Of a stretch of DNA of 64,000 nucleotides, positions 30,761-47,106 are shown in pieces (positions within the stretch are counted from its first letter, which is position 1; the number at the start of each line of letters is the position of its first letter). Source of the DNA: the human T2T-CHM13v2.0 reference genome, Homo sapiens; NCBI RefSeq assembly GCF_009914755.1, contig NC_060926.1; one strand, written 5' to 3'. The position numbers and the translations under genes are program-made. The notes beneath the pieces were generated by a model. That model searched no databases. It was given only the letters and a program-made list of their open reading frames with translations, and was not told where the DNA came from.

Positions 30761-32020
30761 AATGAAAAGGGGATTCTTCTCCATTAAAGACATGGCTGTC
30801 ATGAAAGTCTGTGACTAGGTGGCAAGTGTTGATTTCAGCCTCAGTCCCTGCAGAACCCTAATAGTGGCAACATCAAGCTAGGTAGAAAGGGAGAAGACAG
30901 TGTTATAAACAAGTGAAGTCAGATATCTCTGAGTAGCTGTGCAGAGAGTAGAATTTCTCAAATAATATTGCTGCTGCCAGTGCCTCCAAAACCTAGGGCT
31001 GTGACTGACTTTTAACCCAATAAGTGGGTTTACTCAAGAACAGACTAGGATTCTCCTGGATGTCCAGGACATGCCTCTGGATGGTGGTCAGTCACTTCAT
31101 CCTGAACAGTAGAATTAGATCCCAGAACCTGTGAATATTCTGGCTCCTGATCCTAATAACAACAGGACTGACAAAGGTAGTGAATGAATCCTAATGCCTC
31201 ATCACTAAGATCTCTAGATTTCCCACACAGACAACATTAGGTCAGAATAAACTATTAGAATCTCTTATCTTTTTCAAGCCTTTTGTTGCTGGGATCAGTG
31301 GTGCCTGAACATTGAGAGTTTCTGGAAACTCATTCCATTCGGCTTGCTAAGCAGCAGGTATCTGTTTTATATATGAGTATCTTACTGCCATTTTAGCCTT
31401 TATATTAAACCTATTTTGAAAGCATAGCCTGAAGCCATTCCTGCCATTGGCTTTCTTCTCTTTGCTCTTTCTTTGAGTTATGAACTGAGCACATCAATAG
31501 CACTCTGAAAGCTTTGATGCTTCTTTGGCAATGACTTCAGTCCTGTTGCATTTACCACAGAACTGTAGTTACTGTCTTATGTGGAGAAGCATATTTGTGG
31601 TTGATAAAATGCTAGTTCAATAGTGGGGGCAGGGAGTGAATTGATTATATTGAGCATTTTTATAACTGTCACTTTTCTAAAAGACAAAAGAGAGTAATTT
31701 TGGTTTCTTTCTCTATTCCACATATACACTGATTTTTAATTACAATCAAACATTATTAAAGGAAATCCAAGTGAAACCAGGGGGAAAATTATAACTATGG
31801 TTTAGTACATAGGATTTCATTTGATCCAGGGTGGGAGGAGGCTGGCAGGCACTTTCAAGCTTTTAGTTTTGTGCAATATTTGATTATGTATACAATTACT
31901 CTAAAGGTATTTTACTCAGTATAATTACATGGAGAATAATACACGGTATGTAAGTTAGTGCAATCCTCTTCTGTAGTCTGATTTCTGAGAAATGAGAATC
32001 CTACTTTCCTCTGCCTATAA

Positions 32021-32412
<392 letters not shown>

Positions 32413-32429
32413 AACTCGCTGTCCTTCTA

Positions 32430-32690
32430 CCAAGAGAGACAATGTGATGATAGCGTTTATGTGCAGGGACTCAATGATATATAAAATATGTTTCAAATCA
32501 AGGCTTACTCACTTCATACCCTTACTAGTCTGTGTGGCTCGGTATTTAATCTATCTCAGTTTCCTCAACTGTAAAATCATTATACACAGTATGTGCCTCA
32601 TAAGATTGTCAGGAGGATCAAATGCAAAACTGAATACCAGTTGATTGGCATATAGTAAATAATAAATGTTAGCTGTCATTATTACCATGG
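32430..32690 (+). mobile_element. MIR
   Basis: ctcagtttcctcaactgtaaaat...tggcatatagtaaataataaatgttagc. Confidence 0.75.
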
Positions 32691-33149
32691 TCATAAAAGT
32701 CTTTAGTGGAATCATGGTAACAGGCCAAATGTGTTTTAGGAGGCTCACTTGCCACAAGATAAGCCATTTGATGGATGTTAGAAAAATTCCTAGAGATGTT
32801 GGTTGCCCCTGGAAACAGCTTCTGCTTCTTCTGAATAACCCATGTGGTTCTAGACTACAAGCCCTGGTGGGACAAATTGAGATCCTTAGCCATAGATGGC
32901 CATGTTCCCTTGATTAGCTACACAAATGAATCCAAAACAAGACTCAAGCTATAATTTTTACTTTATTACCTTTCTTTTGCAATTAGTTCTCCTTCTGAGG
33001 ACTCCTCAACTATGGTGACAATGACAGCTGCTTTCAAGAAATATTTTTCAAAAATGGAATAATTTTGAGAGGCAGGGCGTGGTTGGAGAAGGAGAGGATT
33101 TGTAGTCTCTTGAGAACTATGCTTTTGTTTCTCTATTTATGGTCTTAAA

Positions 33150-33332
33150 ATTTGTTTCTCAATGTGTGGTTTTCTGAATCACTTAGAGCAAAAGTGTTTG
33201 TTACAAATGCAGATGCTAGAACCCCACCCCAGACTTCCAGGATCAGAATCTCTGGGGATGGCGATGGGCAGTCTCTGTCCTAACCAGATTTCTAGATGAT
33301 CCTCATGCACATCCAACTGTGAGAACCTCTGA
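33150..33332. mobile_element. MER5A-like hAT MITE
   Basis: aaatgcagatgctagaaccccaccccagac...tcagaatctctgggg...tgagaacctctg. Confidence 0.8.
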
Positions 33333-34451
33333 CACAGAAAACAGTTGAATATATCAACATCATCTCTGATGTTATTTCAATTTCAAGCACTTCTGACTTT
33401 GTTTTGAGAAGGAAACAGATCATTAATACTTATACTTCTGTATTCCTTCCTTAATAAGCTAAGGGCCTTTCATTTTTATGCTTCTATAAAATGGGAGTTA
33501 TGAAAGTTACCAAACTCTTTTTGATGGAAGAAAGAATAAATGTTTACTAAATGTTTGGGGCTCTCTGCTGAGAGGTAGCATGAATGTGCCAAGCACTATC
33601 ATGGGAAAATATGTAGGTGGAGTTGATATAGGTATGCCACAAATCCCCATTTGCCATAATTTAAGAAAATAGGTACCAAAGTGGTGCCAGTGAATCTTAT
33701 AGCTAAGCTACTGTTTTGGCTCTATAAAGGGAGGGTATGCTAAACCCACAGGGGGCTATAAAATATCAGCTGAGCATTGATGGAGCTTGGAGTCAAATAG
33801 AAACCTGTTCTCCTGTGAAAACATGCACATCTGTGGAATTGCATTGCTATAATCAGGGCACAACCAAATTCACAGATGTGCCCAATTTTCTGTTTCCTCT
33901 ATATTTTACCAGTTTCACGGCGCAGTGACAAATGAGGAAAGTACTAAGCTGATTTTGCATAGAATCTCATGGAAGTTGCTCACAAATCTCACTGGTGGGA
34001 ATGAACCTCACAAATGTTAATAGTTAAGTGCTACATCTGTCTAATCCATCTCTGGGATACACTAAGCTCTCTGTTACTTTGCATACAGCAAATTGAAGAA
34101 ATCCCATTATTCTAAGTCAAGTTTCAAAAAAAATATTTCCTTTAAAAAATCCTCCTCTCCCCAGTGATTTTCTTTCTTCTATTTTCACATTTTCAAGTTC
34201 ATGTGATTGATAATTATAAAATGGAACAAAAAAAATCTGACTGAGGAAATCCGAAATGGTGAAATAAACTCCTGAGTCTTGTCTCTGTGTGTTTCTTACC
34301 ATTTCCTAGCTCCTAAAACCCAGGAGGCTCTTAAAACTCCTCTACCAACATCTCCCCTCCATGAAAAAAGGAAGGTAAGAGTTTCATAATTTGGAAAAGA
34401 GAAAAAATACTGTATAGTATACCATACTACACCATAACGGACAATTGTGGG

Positions 34452-34758
34452 TTTGGGTTTTTGTTTTGTTTATTTTTTTGAGACAAGGTCTCACTCTGTC
34501 AACTAGACTAGAGTGCAACAGCTAGATTATAACTCATTGCAGCCTTGACCTCCTAGGCTTAGGCAATCCTCCCACCTCAACTTCCTGAGTAGCTGGGACT
34601 ACAGGTGTGTGCCACCATGCTTGACTAATATTTTAATTTTTGTAGAGACAGGTCTCTCAATGTTGCCCAAGCTGGCCTCAAACTCCTGGCCTCAAACAAT
34701 CCTCCCACTTGGCCTCCCAAAATGCTGGGATTATAGGTGTGAGCCACTGCACCCAGCC
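34452..34758 (-). mobile_element. AluJ
   Basis: Diverged dimer; aattgtg on both flanks. Confidence 0.9.
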
Positions 34759-35937
34759 AAATTGTGAAGTTTTTTTACCATGAGCACACACACACACATA
34801 CACACACACACATACGTTTATTTATTTACTTCTTTGGTAACAAGACTCCAGTTTCCTTTTTAGGAAATCACCTGACCCCATAAAGAACAGTCTTGAGAGG
34901 TCTGCCATTAAGATGTCCCTGTTCCCCCAGCCAGTGAATGAGTGCCTGAGCCAAGGTAGACCAGACAGACTGCATTCCTGAGACTGAGTCTTGAGCACAG
35001 CATAGCAAGGACAGGTGGCTGCTTACTCTGTCTAGAGGCAGTGACTTGCCAATACTATTACTTTCTACTACCCAGAATCTGACTGCCCTGAGTCCTGAAC
35101 TTTTCCCAATATGATTATTTGGTCTTACTTTTGTTTCTTTATCTCTTCCATGTCTTTCCCATTAATTTCTCTTTTCTTAACCTAGCCAAAGTTCTTCACT
35201 ATTGTTTACAATCAGAGGTGTCAATCAAAATCTTTACCAATTGGCTCACCTGTGGGAGAAGGCATTCACCAGTTGGAACATGACCCTCTCCCAGGAGAAT
35301 GGATGCTGGCCAGGATGCTTGCCAGTAGGCTATTTGCAAACAAAGAGCTTTTACTGAAGATATTAGATCCCACTGTTCTGCTCATTTTAAGAATAATGAT
35401 ATTTTCACCTACACTAAGCTGTATCTATAACCATATGCTACAAATAAAAAATGATGATGTTAATGAAAGACAGTGAAAGAGACTTCTATCCAACCAAGTT
35501 AGGGTAAAAGGACTAGTAAGATAAAGGAAATAATATTGAATAACCTGAGTGAAAAAGCTGCATAATGAGGAGGTTTGCATTAAAAATAGTTCTCAGATCC
35601 ATAGAATCCTAGAGATTCTTTTGTAATGCCAAAAAACACAAGATCCATGACTTGAGAAAGATTGTCCTATGATTAAAAAAAGCACTAAGAATACAGGATT
35701 GGAGGAAGGTTTCCTCTATGGAGTTCAATAGTATTGATAAATCCCTCATTGACTTTTATACATGCCCCAAGAAATTAGAATGAAGTCACAACATCCCCAC
35801 TTAAGTAATGGGATCCTGTGAAGGATCAACATCTCGTTTACTATAGAAGAAGGGAAAACTATATCACATTAAGTTATGATGCTGAAAGCTAACAACAGGC
35901 CTGGGTAGAAGTGTAGGTATTAAAAGAATGTGATCAA

Positions 35938-36495
<558 letters not shown>

Positions 36496-36549
36496 TCACT
36501 ACACCTGAGCTTGGCACCCTATAATTCAATCATATAAAACTATATAATA

Positions 36550-37090
36550 GTTAAAATTCCTCCAATGCACCATGCTGATCTATGCTGTGCACATTTTCCA
36601 TAACTGGAATGCCCTTCTTCCACAGCCTTCTAGTTTATGTGGCATCTCCATGCACACTAGAAAAACACACACCTTATTCAAGACCCTTCATTTTCCTCTG
36701 TTGGAGAAATGTTGAACTATACTAATTTTGTTAACTTTAAAAACTCTTGTTTAAAATATACTGATTAATGATGTATACAATATAAACAATTCCCCTTAGG
36801 GATGCTGCACACGCATCCTTGGAGGGTCTGGATAACAAAATGGCTTACAAAGCTCATCTGAGAAGCCTTCCCTGGGTGTGTTCCCACTCTGTCTGGAATG
36901 CCGGTTCCATTGTAACACCTATTATATGGTTTGTATATGTTCATGTATATGTCTGCTGACCCCATAAGAAAGGGGAGACACTTTGAGAGGAGGGACTGCT
37001 TCTTGTTAACCTCTGTAGCTCCAGCGACTAGCAAAGTGTTGGCAAATTGTTGACATTCTGTGAATTATTGTTGAAGAAATGAATCAAGAA
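36550..37090 (+). mobile_element. L2 3' fragments
   Basis: ctcatctgagaagccttccctg...ttgttgaagaaatgaat. Confidence 0.65.
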
Positions 37091-37218
37091 ATATTCATAC
37101 ACAGCACCCAATGTAGGGCCTTGCATATAAATAGCATTTATTGAACTAAAATCCCAGAAACAAAAAATAATGGTACTGGGACCACTATTTATTTACACCA
37201 TCCTGTTGGATATTGTTG

Positions 37219-37241
37219 GTGTGTGTGTGTGTGTGTGTGTG
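37219..37241. repeat. (GT)11 microsatellite
   Basis: Direct reading. Confidence 0.9.
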
Positions 37242-38289
37242 TTATTAGTGATAAAATACTAAATTCGAAGTGAAGACATTTCCAGTTTTTAATACTGTGT
37301 CTTGCTAGTACCTAACAGAGTAGATGATCAATAAACATTTGCTAAATGAATAAATGTGTGTACAGAATGAGTCAACGAGTGAATCAGAGCAAGGAGAGTG
37401 TCATCATCATTCTTCTTTATAGACCAGAAATACTGAGACTTCTTTTCTTAATGTAGTGTGGAGCTTAGAGTAGTTGCTAAGTCTATCAGCATCATGATAA
37501 ATGTTTGAGGAAACATCTTTTTCCTTAATATAAAAGAAAAATATATCTCCTATTGAAGATGTTAGAAGTAGTGATATAGGGAAAGATAAGGGCCTATAAT
37601 ATTAGATGCAGAATAAAATATTGCCCGTGAAGTTAAAGGATTTTTTCTCAAATTTTTTGAGTAAGATAATGTTTCAGAGCAGACAGCTAATAATCTATTA
37701 CATTGATTAAATGTTTCATTTGGCTTTTTGTATTGTGACATCGCAAAAACACTAACTAGCAAAGGTAACTCAGAATTTTTGCTGCACTCCACTTTTGTCA
37801 CAAAAAATTCAAGGCCATAGAAATAGTCTTAAGCAGAAATTTTGTTTTAAAGAAGAAAATCAATGTCCAGAAACTATTTCTGGATCATTCCAAATGGATG
37901 CACCTTCAGAGCCTATTCGTGATAATCATCATCATGAAAGATCTCATTTTTTTCCACATATGCTATTCACTAGGGCTAGAGAGTAAGCTAAAACAAGAAG
38001 GACTAAAGGAAACATGCTTTCTGGTTAACTATGAGACACCCCAAATTCCTTTCTAGAAGACCCAGAAATTCCAATTTCTCAAGGTTTTGCTGGCTTACAT
38101 TGGTGCAGGATCAGCAGACTCTCTAATAGTATATTTATTGGTAATGTCAGGGAGGCTTCTTAGTGACAATAAATTTTCAAAGTATTTGCCTTAGGTCTGA
38201 TGGGAAAGACCATGTCTTCTTCCATATATAGTGCACACAAAATGGGCAATGAATGAATGGCCATGCTCGCTGGAGCCAGTGGACTTTGC

Positions 38290-38775
38290 CAAGCTCTTTT
38301 ACACGTTGGGCATAAAATGCATAACATCTGGGGCCTATGAGATTTCTGAGGACCTAAAAAACAGTTTAAAAGCTGAAATTACAAAAAAAAAAGAGCATTT
38401 ATTCTGAATGCAAAAAGGGCAAAACTAAAATTAATAAATGTTTAATTAAATATCTCCAAAAGGTAATTCCATGCCAAATTCATTGGGTGTTAAATTTAGA
38501 ATTCATGAAATTTTCATTATATTTGAAAGCAATTTGTAGGCTAGATTTCATCATTTTGTAAGTGATCAAGAAATCATAGTCAATTATAAGTTATGTGTTA
38601 TTCATAGCCAAATAGTTTCAAATACACAATTATAAGCATCAATTTTTAAAATTTATAAAAATTATAAGTAATACGAGATGTGGGTGCATTTTTATATATT
38701 TGATATCTTGAGCACTGGAGGAGAGATTGCCTGGAGAAGATTGCCTGGGACCTGCAAAGGTGGTTCATCCACAGT
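38290..38775. mobile_element. Possible old hAT-type DNA transposon remnant
   Basis: AT-rich core with GC-rich ends (ctggggcctatgag / tgcctgggacctgcaaagg); recalled similarity only. Confidence 0.3.
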
Positions 38776-39792
38776 GAAGAACCCAGAACCTAGACACATC
38801 TTCCTTTTTTCTTGTTCTTCTCTTGCAGGGTCAGCCCAAGAAGCAGGAAGCAGCAGTGCAGGGAGAAAAGAGTACTGGATTTAGAGTCAGACACCCAGGT
38901 TCAAGTTCTAGGTCAGCCACTTCTTTTGTTATATGATCTCTGGGGCTGAGTCTCACCACAGTTAACAGGCTGTGTCTGCAAAAAGGGTATCAAGGTGATA
39001 AAATGAGGCAGTATATTAAATTGTACTAAATACCCATTTGTAGGGCAAAACAGGCTACTATCAGCAATTTCAGATGAAATTTCATTTTCATCATAATTTA
39101 TGAATGCATTTTGCAAAGCATAAATAACTATAGGGATTAAGATTCAAAGGGAATTAGAAAGCAAAGAAAAGGGATAGAGAGAGGAGATTCTGGTAAGTGC
39201 CCAAGTTTGGTGTGAATAGCAGTGTGAGGGTTAAGGAAGCACAACCCAGCAGCTTCTAAGTTTCTTATAGCCAGAGGCAACTCTTTGATCCCTGGTCTGG
39301 CATCCTCTGTGTCAACAATTATGTCCCCTCTTCAACATTCCTGAAAACTGTTGTTACTTAGAGGTCTGTGTAGAACCTTTATGTATTCCAAAAGCAGAAA
39401 AATATATTACTTAGAACTCTTGTTTCCCCCACTCCCATTCTCCTTCCTTCAAAGCAAATGGAGAAAATGGGGTTCGTATGGTGGGGGGCAGTAACGTGGT
39501 CTCCTGGGAATTTCCAGTTTTATAAGCTTGCGTTTACTTTGTGGACTAACAGATTCAGGATTTCCAATAGCCTATAAAATTATTTTCTCTTCCATCTTTG
39601 TTTAAAATGCCACAATTAGGCAGATGATGACTATATGTATTCTATATTTATTTTGCCTAGACATATTTTCTTCTTCTTCTTTATTTAAGTTTGCAGTTCA
39701 TAGAAGCAGTCTTCCCAGCTTGATTTTATTCACAGAAGAAAAAAGGCACCCCTGGGAAGTGCCTGACAAAAGCTTGAAGAGAGAAGAGGCTC

Positions 39793-40174
39793 TGCTGTGG
39801 TTTGAATGCGTCCCCCAAAGTTCATGTGTTGGAAACTTGATCCCCGATGCAGCAGTACTGGGAGGTGGGACCTTTGAGAGGTGTTTAAGTCATGAGGACC
39901 CTGCCCTCATGAATGGATTAATGCTGTTATTGCAGGAGTGGGTTTGTTATCTCAGGAATGGATTTGTTATAAAAAGAAAAGTTCAGCCCCCTTTTATCTC
40001 TCACCCATAGGATGCCCTTTGCCATGTTATGATCCTGCAGGAAGACCCTCACCAGATATGGCCCCTTGATCTTGGACTTCCCAGCCTCCAGAATTGTGAG
40101 AAATAAATTTCTGTTTTTAATAAAGTTCCTAGTTTGTTGCATTCTGTTATAGCTGCACAAAGCAGACTGAGACA
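39793..40174 (+). mobile_element. MaLR solo LTR, MSTD-like
   Basis: tgctgtggtttgaatgcgtccccc...gactgagaca; perfect 5-bp TSD ggctc (39788-39792 and 40175-40179). Confidence 0.92.
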
Positions 40175-41719
40175 GGCTCCTTTACTCATGGTGAAGAAGG
40201 TAAGTCCCTTATGACTTTATCAAATAAAAATAATGACTACAGGTAAAGGGCTAGAAATTTTTAGACAAAAGGCCAGTGGGTATCACAGGGAGCTTTCCAG
40301 TTGGCTGTTTTGGCAGAATGGCAAGACTTTCCTTCCTCATTCTCAAAGCTTCCTGACATTTACAGCTTTGGAAGGTGGTGAGTGAGAAAATTTTCCAAGG
40401 GACTCTAGACATTCTCAGAATCCCCTGGTTCCACACTTGCTAGATTATGGAAGAGAGAAGAGACACCTAAAAGGAAAAAAAAAAGGAAGGAGAAAGGGGA
40501 ATCAGCTCTTTAGTCCCCTAAGACCCACTTGGCTGTGGCTCCTGGCTGCCAAGGGTTGCCTGTGAGTGGTTCTCCAGGCATGAACTGTGACCACCCTGCT
40601 ATAGATTAATCCTTTCCTCCTACAAAGTTGGTCTTCAGTATACTTAATGAGGGAGAAATGGGATGTCTTTTTTTCCTTCCAGAATCACTCTAGTATGACC
40701 TGCAGAATGATTAGCGTGGCTCAGCCTCAGTTGGGATATCATGGCTTAAATTATTCCTATTAGTTTCCAGCTGACCTTGGAACAAAAGCATTACATGTGA
40801 TTTCAATGAAACTTTAGACTTTGTTGTTCTCAGTTAACTAGTGAAACAGTTGAACCTTCCCATGACTTGTGGTAATTATAATAAAGGGTAAGTATTATCA
40901 CAAATAATGCAAACCGATTTACAAGATGGCAAAGTGATGTTCTGGAAGTTGTGCGCAAAGACAAAATGTGAACTGAACACTTAGAAAAAATGTAGTGCCA
41001 TTCAAAAGGTTGATGCATTACTGCCAAAATACAACCCCACCTGACAGTATTACTTTACAGTGAGTTTTGGCACAACTTACTGGTTACAAGAAACATTGTG
41101 TTAACAGGAAAAGCCACTTTAAAACTCTGTTTGATACTTAAAGCTCTCAAATACACTCTAAACGTTTAAACCAACACTCCAAACTGATTAAAGCATTTAT
41201 GGAAAATAAAAGTGTTTTGCCAGTGGGGAAAGGATGAGGAATCTTTGTTGTTGTTGCTTGTTTGTTTGTTTTTATCGAGGTGTAAAACAAAACCCCCAAA
41301 TTTGACAGATTTCCCAGTTCTAATTAAGTTTTATGAGGTTAAGAGTTTATGCCACCCTTCTCAAACAATTTATCCAAACTCAATGGATTTTCAAATCACA
41401 TATAATGACCCTTCTGGCCTAGGAGAGGGATGGTGTCCTCTTGATGGCCATATTCCTACTGTGGAATATAATTCCTGGCACATAACAGATGCTTAATAAA
41501 TGTGTAATGAAGGTGGGAACTGTGCCTCATAATTCACTTTGAAGCACATCTAGCAACTCATCATATTTAAATAGTCATTTCAGAGATGTTTCATATACTC
41601 TGTTTTCTAGGACTGGAGTGTCATATCTCAGCTTCTCGCCCCTTGATCTCCATATGCCTGGTAAGCTCTTCTTCATCTTCAGATCACTTTCTTTGAAGAT
41701 TCCCCAACTTGTGATGCCT

Positions 41720-41900
41720 AAGGCCCTGGAACCAGTCTCAATTTGATTTCTGGTTCTGCTACTTATAAACTTTGCCACCTTGATGAATGGCTTGATTGTT
41801 TTGTGTCTCAGTTTCTCCATATGTGAAGTGTATCTTCATGAGGATTTGGTAGGTTAATGTGTATCATATGATGATCACTAAATACATGTCAGTTCTTACT
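41720..41900 (+). mobile_element. MIR
   Basis: gtgtctcagtttctccatatgtgaagtg. Confidence 0.65.
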
Positions 41901-44059
41901 GCCTTCAGTACTTGCAATGTACTGCAATTTTTTGTTTGCTTGTTTTCCTTTCACTCAATTACAACTCACACAGAGTAGGACTTCTATCTTTTACCTTTGT
42001 GCTCCTGGGTTTACAAAATGCAGACTCTGAACTTGGTAAGAAAGCAATACATTTGCTGATTTACATAGTCCAAAACCATGCCATTCCCTGAGAGGCCAGT
42101 GAGGCCAATCTTTTCCTTATTCTTTAGGGATGTCCTTTCAGTTGCAAAAGACCATTTAGGTTAGAAACCTGTAAATTCCACATCTTGTGATTCCCCTGAG
42201 TAGGAACAAATTAGAGAGATTTAATCTTCACTAAGAATTCTGAAATAGCTTAAGTTTCACTTTGGGCAAGCTTTCTGTAGTGAATACAAATTGCCTTGCA
42301 GTGTGATTTTGTCTTTAAGAAATATTTGATTTTCTTTGTCATTATTTTGACCAAATTTACCTCATTCTTATTATATTTCATTTTCTGAATGAAAGTCACC
42401 TCCTTCCCTACTTGCACAACCAAGGACTGAGAGAGAGAAGTTTTCTGGGTACACCACTTTCTTCCAAAACTATCATTGATTGGAAGAATCTGTTTTTTCC
42501 CAACTTTTAACCACATTTTAAAGGCTTATACAAAGTATTTCCCCAGTTTCTGTTTTAAGTGATGTCATTCCCCAAGAACCTAATATTCAAAGAAAAATCA
42601 TAATAAAAAAATGTACTTTTAGGCCACAAAACACACAAAAAACTGAAGCTATTTTGTTGTTTCTAGAAAAATAATTGCTTGTATACTGAACAAGCAGTTG
42701 GTGTTAAGCTCTAGCATCAGGTTTAAAAATGTAGATGAATTTACAGGAAAATATCAAAGAAATACAAATACAGCTGGTACTTGGATAAGACAAAAATTGT
42801 GACCATTATAAAGAAATAACTTTGGTTTGGGAAACCCTGGGCTAGAGGATGTTGCTGGGGTTACTCAACTACGCTATGAGAAATGGAGGAGGGTTAAATC
42901 CTGGAGGTAGGATTTCCCCACCAGACTCTCTTCTCTGTGCTTCTTTCATGGTCTACCTAGGGAAGCACAGTGGTCATGCCACTGATTCATACTGGAGGTC
43001 TTGAAAGTTAGCTGTCGTCATGGCCTTCTTCATACAACAAGAAAGCATGAGATAGATCGTTAGCACAGCCTTGTCTCTCCCTCTTTGCTGCAGCAGAACT
43101 TTAATTTTTTTTATGACCTATATGCATTAGTCTCTTCTCTCAGCTGAGGGAATTCAAGGTCTTAGTTGATGGTTAGTTACTTTCATTTTTTTTCCTGTTA
43201 TGGAAAGGAACCACTGAATTACCAAACTGTGAAAAGCAGTTTGTTATTTAACCATAGGGGACTCACAAATAAAAGAGGTCTCTTGGGTCACTGGGTTCAC
43301 CACCTGCCAGTATGTGACCCTCCCACTCCCAAATAACCAAAAAATTATATTCAGTTCTTTGTCCACCCCAGTTTTCTGAGTTCCAATACTGCCTTCTAAC
43401 CAATGGTATGCCAGTTGACAATGTCACTGGTAGAAAAGTCATTTTTGACAGTCTCAGAGTATCTCATAGATAGTTACTCATCTTGATCCTCCATGGGCCG
43501 GTTTACCATTTGCATTTCCTCCACTTAGCACACACGGCTCCTGAGCATCTACTCTCTGCCAGCCCTGGGGCTGGGCTAGGAGATACAAGCTGAGGTAGAT
43601 CCAGTTCCTAAATGGCTAGGCCTCTACAAAACAAGTTATTTGTACTTTTCCTTCTCTCGCAAACCTCCTGCTGTTCTTTAATGTTCTTAGGGCCAGCTCT
43701 AGGCCCTGTTGGGAAGTAGGGGCCCAACAGCTGTGTTAGGGAATCTACTTAATCTCTATATTTTTTCTCGGGCATCCAGTGCCTCACACAGGCTCCCTAC
43801 AGACTACCACACAGGATAGTCCCTATTGCCTCCAGCCCCTGTTCTCGAATAGCTATAGCAAGTATTCCTGGTGATAATAAATTTATTTTGCATTTTGAGC
43901 CGTCTCTCTGCTTGTGAATAGAAAGTCTTTGTGTGCTATTAGAGAAAGGAGGCTTTTTCAAGAGTCCAAAATCATATTCCACATTTTACTCACACAGAAG
44001 TTTAGCCTGGGCCGGGGTTGGCGGGGGCGGGTAAAATGGAAAAATTGTTTGATTATGGT

Positions 44060-44250
44060 CAGAAAACCTAGTCTCAACCCTGTCACTAACTGGTTGGGCG
44101 ACCCTCAACAAGTCATTTAACCCTTCTGAGGCTTCACTGCTTTACTTCGTAAAATGAGACTGCTGCTCCTGACCTCATGATTCCAGAGATATTCGTAAGT
44201 CCAATGAGACAGCGTTTATAAAAGTGCTCTGTGAATTGCTGCGTGCTATA
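44060..44250 (+). mobile_element. MIR
   Basis: ctgtcactaactggttgggcgaccctcaacaagtcatttaacccttctgag. Confidence 0.7.
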
Positions 44251-44689
44251 CAAAAGTCAAGAATTCACAGCACAGTGGCCACTGGATCAGAGGATACTTG
44301 TTTCCTGTGGAACCACACCCTACCACACACAACTATCAGGCAGCCTTTGGTTCTTTGCATTTCCTCACTCACATGAGGCGGTCCTAGAGAACCGCTATAA
44401 TGTTAGAGGCAGAATTAGAGACTACACTCCTGCTCCCAAAAGCAAAAGCATGGACTGTCTTGCCCCATCCATGTGCTCACTCCGGCTCTTAGGCTGCAGG
44501 TGTCAGCATCATGAGGTCCAAACAGATTCCAAGTAAGACCATTCTAAGGTTCCTAACCTGGGCCTGTGCTGCCAGAGCTCTGTGGATAAGTTTTAGAGGC
44601 AAATCTCTTAAAGTGGTTTGCAAAATTGTGTGTACATGTATGTTGCTTTTTTTCTGTTTTATTTTTTTAAGAAAGTGTCCATAACTCAG

Positions 44690-45420
<731 letters not shown>

Positions 45421-46199
45421 ATTTTTATTCCAAGGCCTCTAGAACTCTCCTTTTACATCTGCGACATCAAACGACAATGTTCCATGTGGTGGTTCCTCCA
45501 TCAGCCAGAGTGGGGATGGTGATGATGTAGAAGCAGAGCCCCTCCATATCTGTTGTATATTCTGGAAATACTCAGCCTAGGTTCTGATTCCTTCTCAGCT
45601 CCCAAAACCCTAACTACAAAGCTTTGGGCAAAAATCACTCATTTCCTTTAAAGTGTAATTTTCAGGCTTTTGCCCAAGGACAAAAATTCCCACTGCTGGC
45701 CACTTATGGTGGGAGTGGGTAGGGATGCTCTTTTAAAGGAATAACCTGGAACTAGCCACTGTTACCCTTTGCCTTTAGTGATTTTGAACTTGGAGCTTTC
45801 CTGGGACTCCTGAGAACATCCCATACGTATTCTTGTTATCTTGGGCTATGGTTTCCTCTGCTCTGTCTCTGTCTATTGGTTCACATATGTTTTCAGTATT
45901 CTAGGAATTCTTTCACATTTTTGACAAATACATGTTTTTCCGCATTGTTCTGCTTTCATTAAAAGAAAATATTTGCTGTCATTTCAAAAGCATCTTTTAA
46001 GGAACAGGAGGTAGATGTCTGTGCTCGGTCTAACATTTTAAACTGGAAGTTAATGCCCAATTTTAAACAAGGGTTATTTCAAGCAAGAGTTCCTAATGGG
46101 AAGACAAAAATCAGGTTGCTTCTGAGTTATCTAAGTAAAAGGGAAACATATAAGAATCTTAAGAATACAAACCATCTCCTTCTCCTGGGCATTGCATGA

Positions 46200-46640
46200 G
46201 CCCTTAATAAACAATTGTACTTAAGTTTTAGAAGCACAACTTAGAAGGACATGGAAATGTTAGAGAGGCCTAAAAGGATATAATAAAGATGATTTGAGGC
46301 TTAAGTAATAGGGTATTTGAGGAGAAGTAAACAGAATTAGGACTATTTATCTTAGCCAAATAAAATTTCAGATTGTCCTAATATAGTAAGGTTTCCTATG
46401 CATAAAGTGCTCATGTGCAGATCAAATTTTCTGTATCTCTGTTAAGGCCAAAATAAGTAGCAGCTGAACTTAACAGCAGAAAAAGAGCTTCAGGTGAAAA
46501 ATTTTTTTAAAAATTTCTGAATTTTAGGGTTTTTAACATTGGTAATGGAATACCCAAGGAAGGTACAGAAAACAGTCCTCCAATTTTTAGGAAAAAAAAA
46601 ATTGGGAAGGATGGTTTAGTTGTAGCTCTGTCTGAAGATA
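46200..46640 (+). mobile_element. L3/CR1 3' fragment
   Basis: agaaggacatggaaatgttagagagg...tttgaggagaagtaaacagaattaggactattta resembles the CR1 ORF2 3' end. Confidence 0.6.
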
Positions 46641-47106
46641 GGAGCCGACATTAGATTCTGTCCCTATGGCATTATGGTTCCCTGAGAGATTAAGTTGTGG
46701 TAAGTCTTTGGCACAATAGACACAAATTATGAGGTTGTTAATAAAGCTGTAAGTACGCATCTCTTCCATTATCTTTGTAGTAGGACATAACTCATGAGAA
46801 GTCTGAAATAGTAATGTATTGTGTTGGGGTACTCTGCCAACTATTAAAAAAATCATATTTAACTTTTTCATTATGAACTTGAGCCTTATTTGGAAGTTGT
46901 CTTCTTCCCATAAAATCTTCCCAGATAATGTTTTCCCAGCAACACTTGATAGGACGGCCTAACACATTCCCTGCTTAGTTATAAACCCCAGGCGGCTTAT
47001 TGTTCCCTGTTCAATTATCTCTGGAGGTACAGATTTCCCCCTTATTCATTATTTTGATAGAATTGCCAACAAGGAAAAGGGAAGAAAAGAAAAATGGATT
47101 TTAGTA

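Noticed and set aside
31054-31076. tcctgga-tg-tccagga inverted repeat with a p53 half-site GGACATGCCT
   Set aside because: Only one valid half-site; short palindromes of this size are expected by chance
33745-33765. ccacagggggctataaaata as a CTCF, TATA or MEF2 site
   Set aside because: Several mismatches to each consensus and no supporting context
43710-43730. Short hairpin involving gttggg...cccaac
   Set aside because: Stem of about 8 bp; far too short for a pre-miRNA
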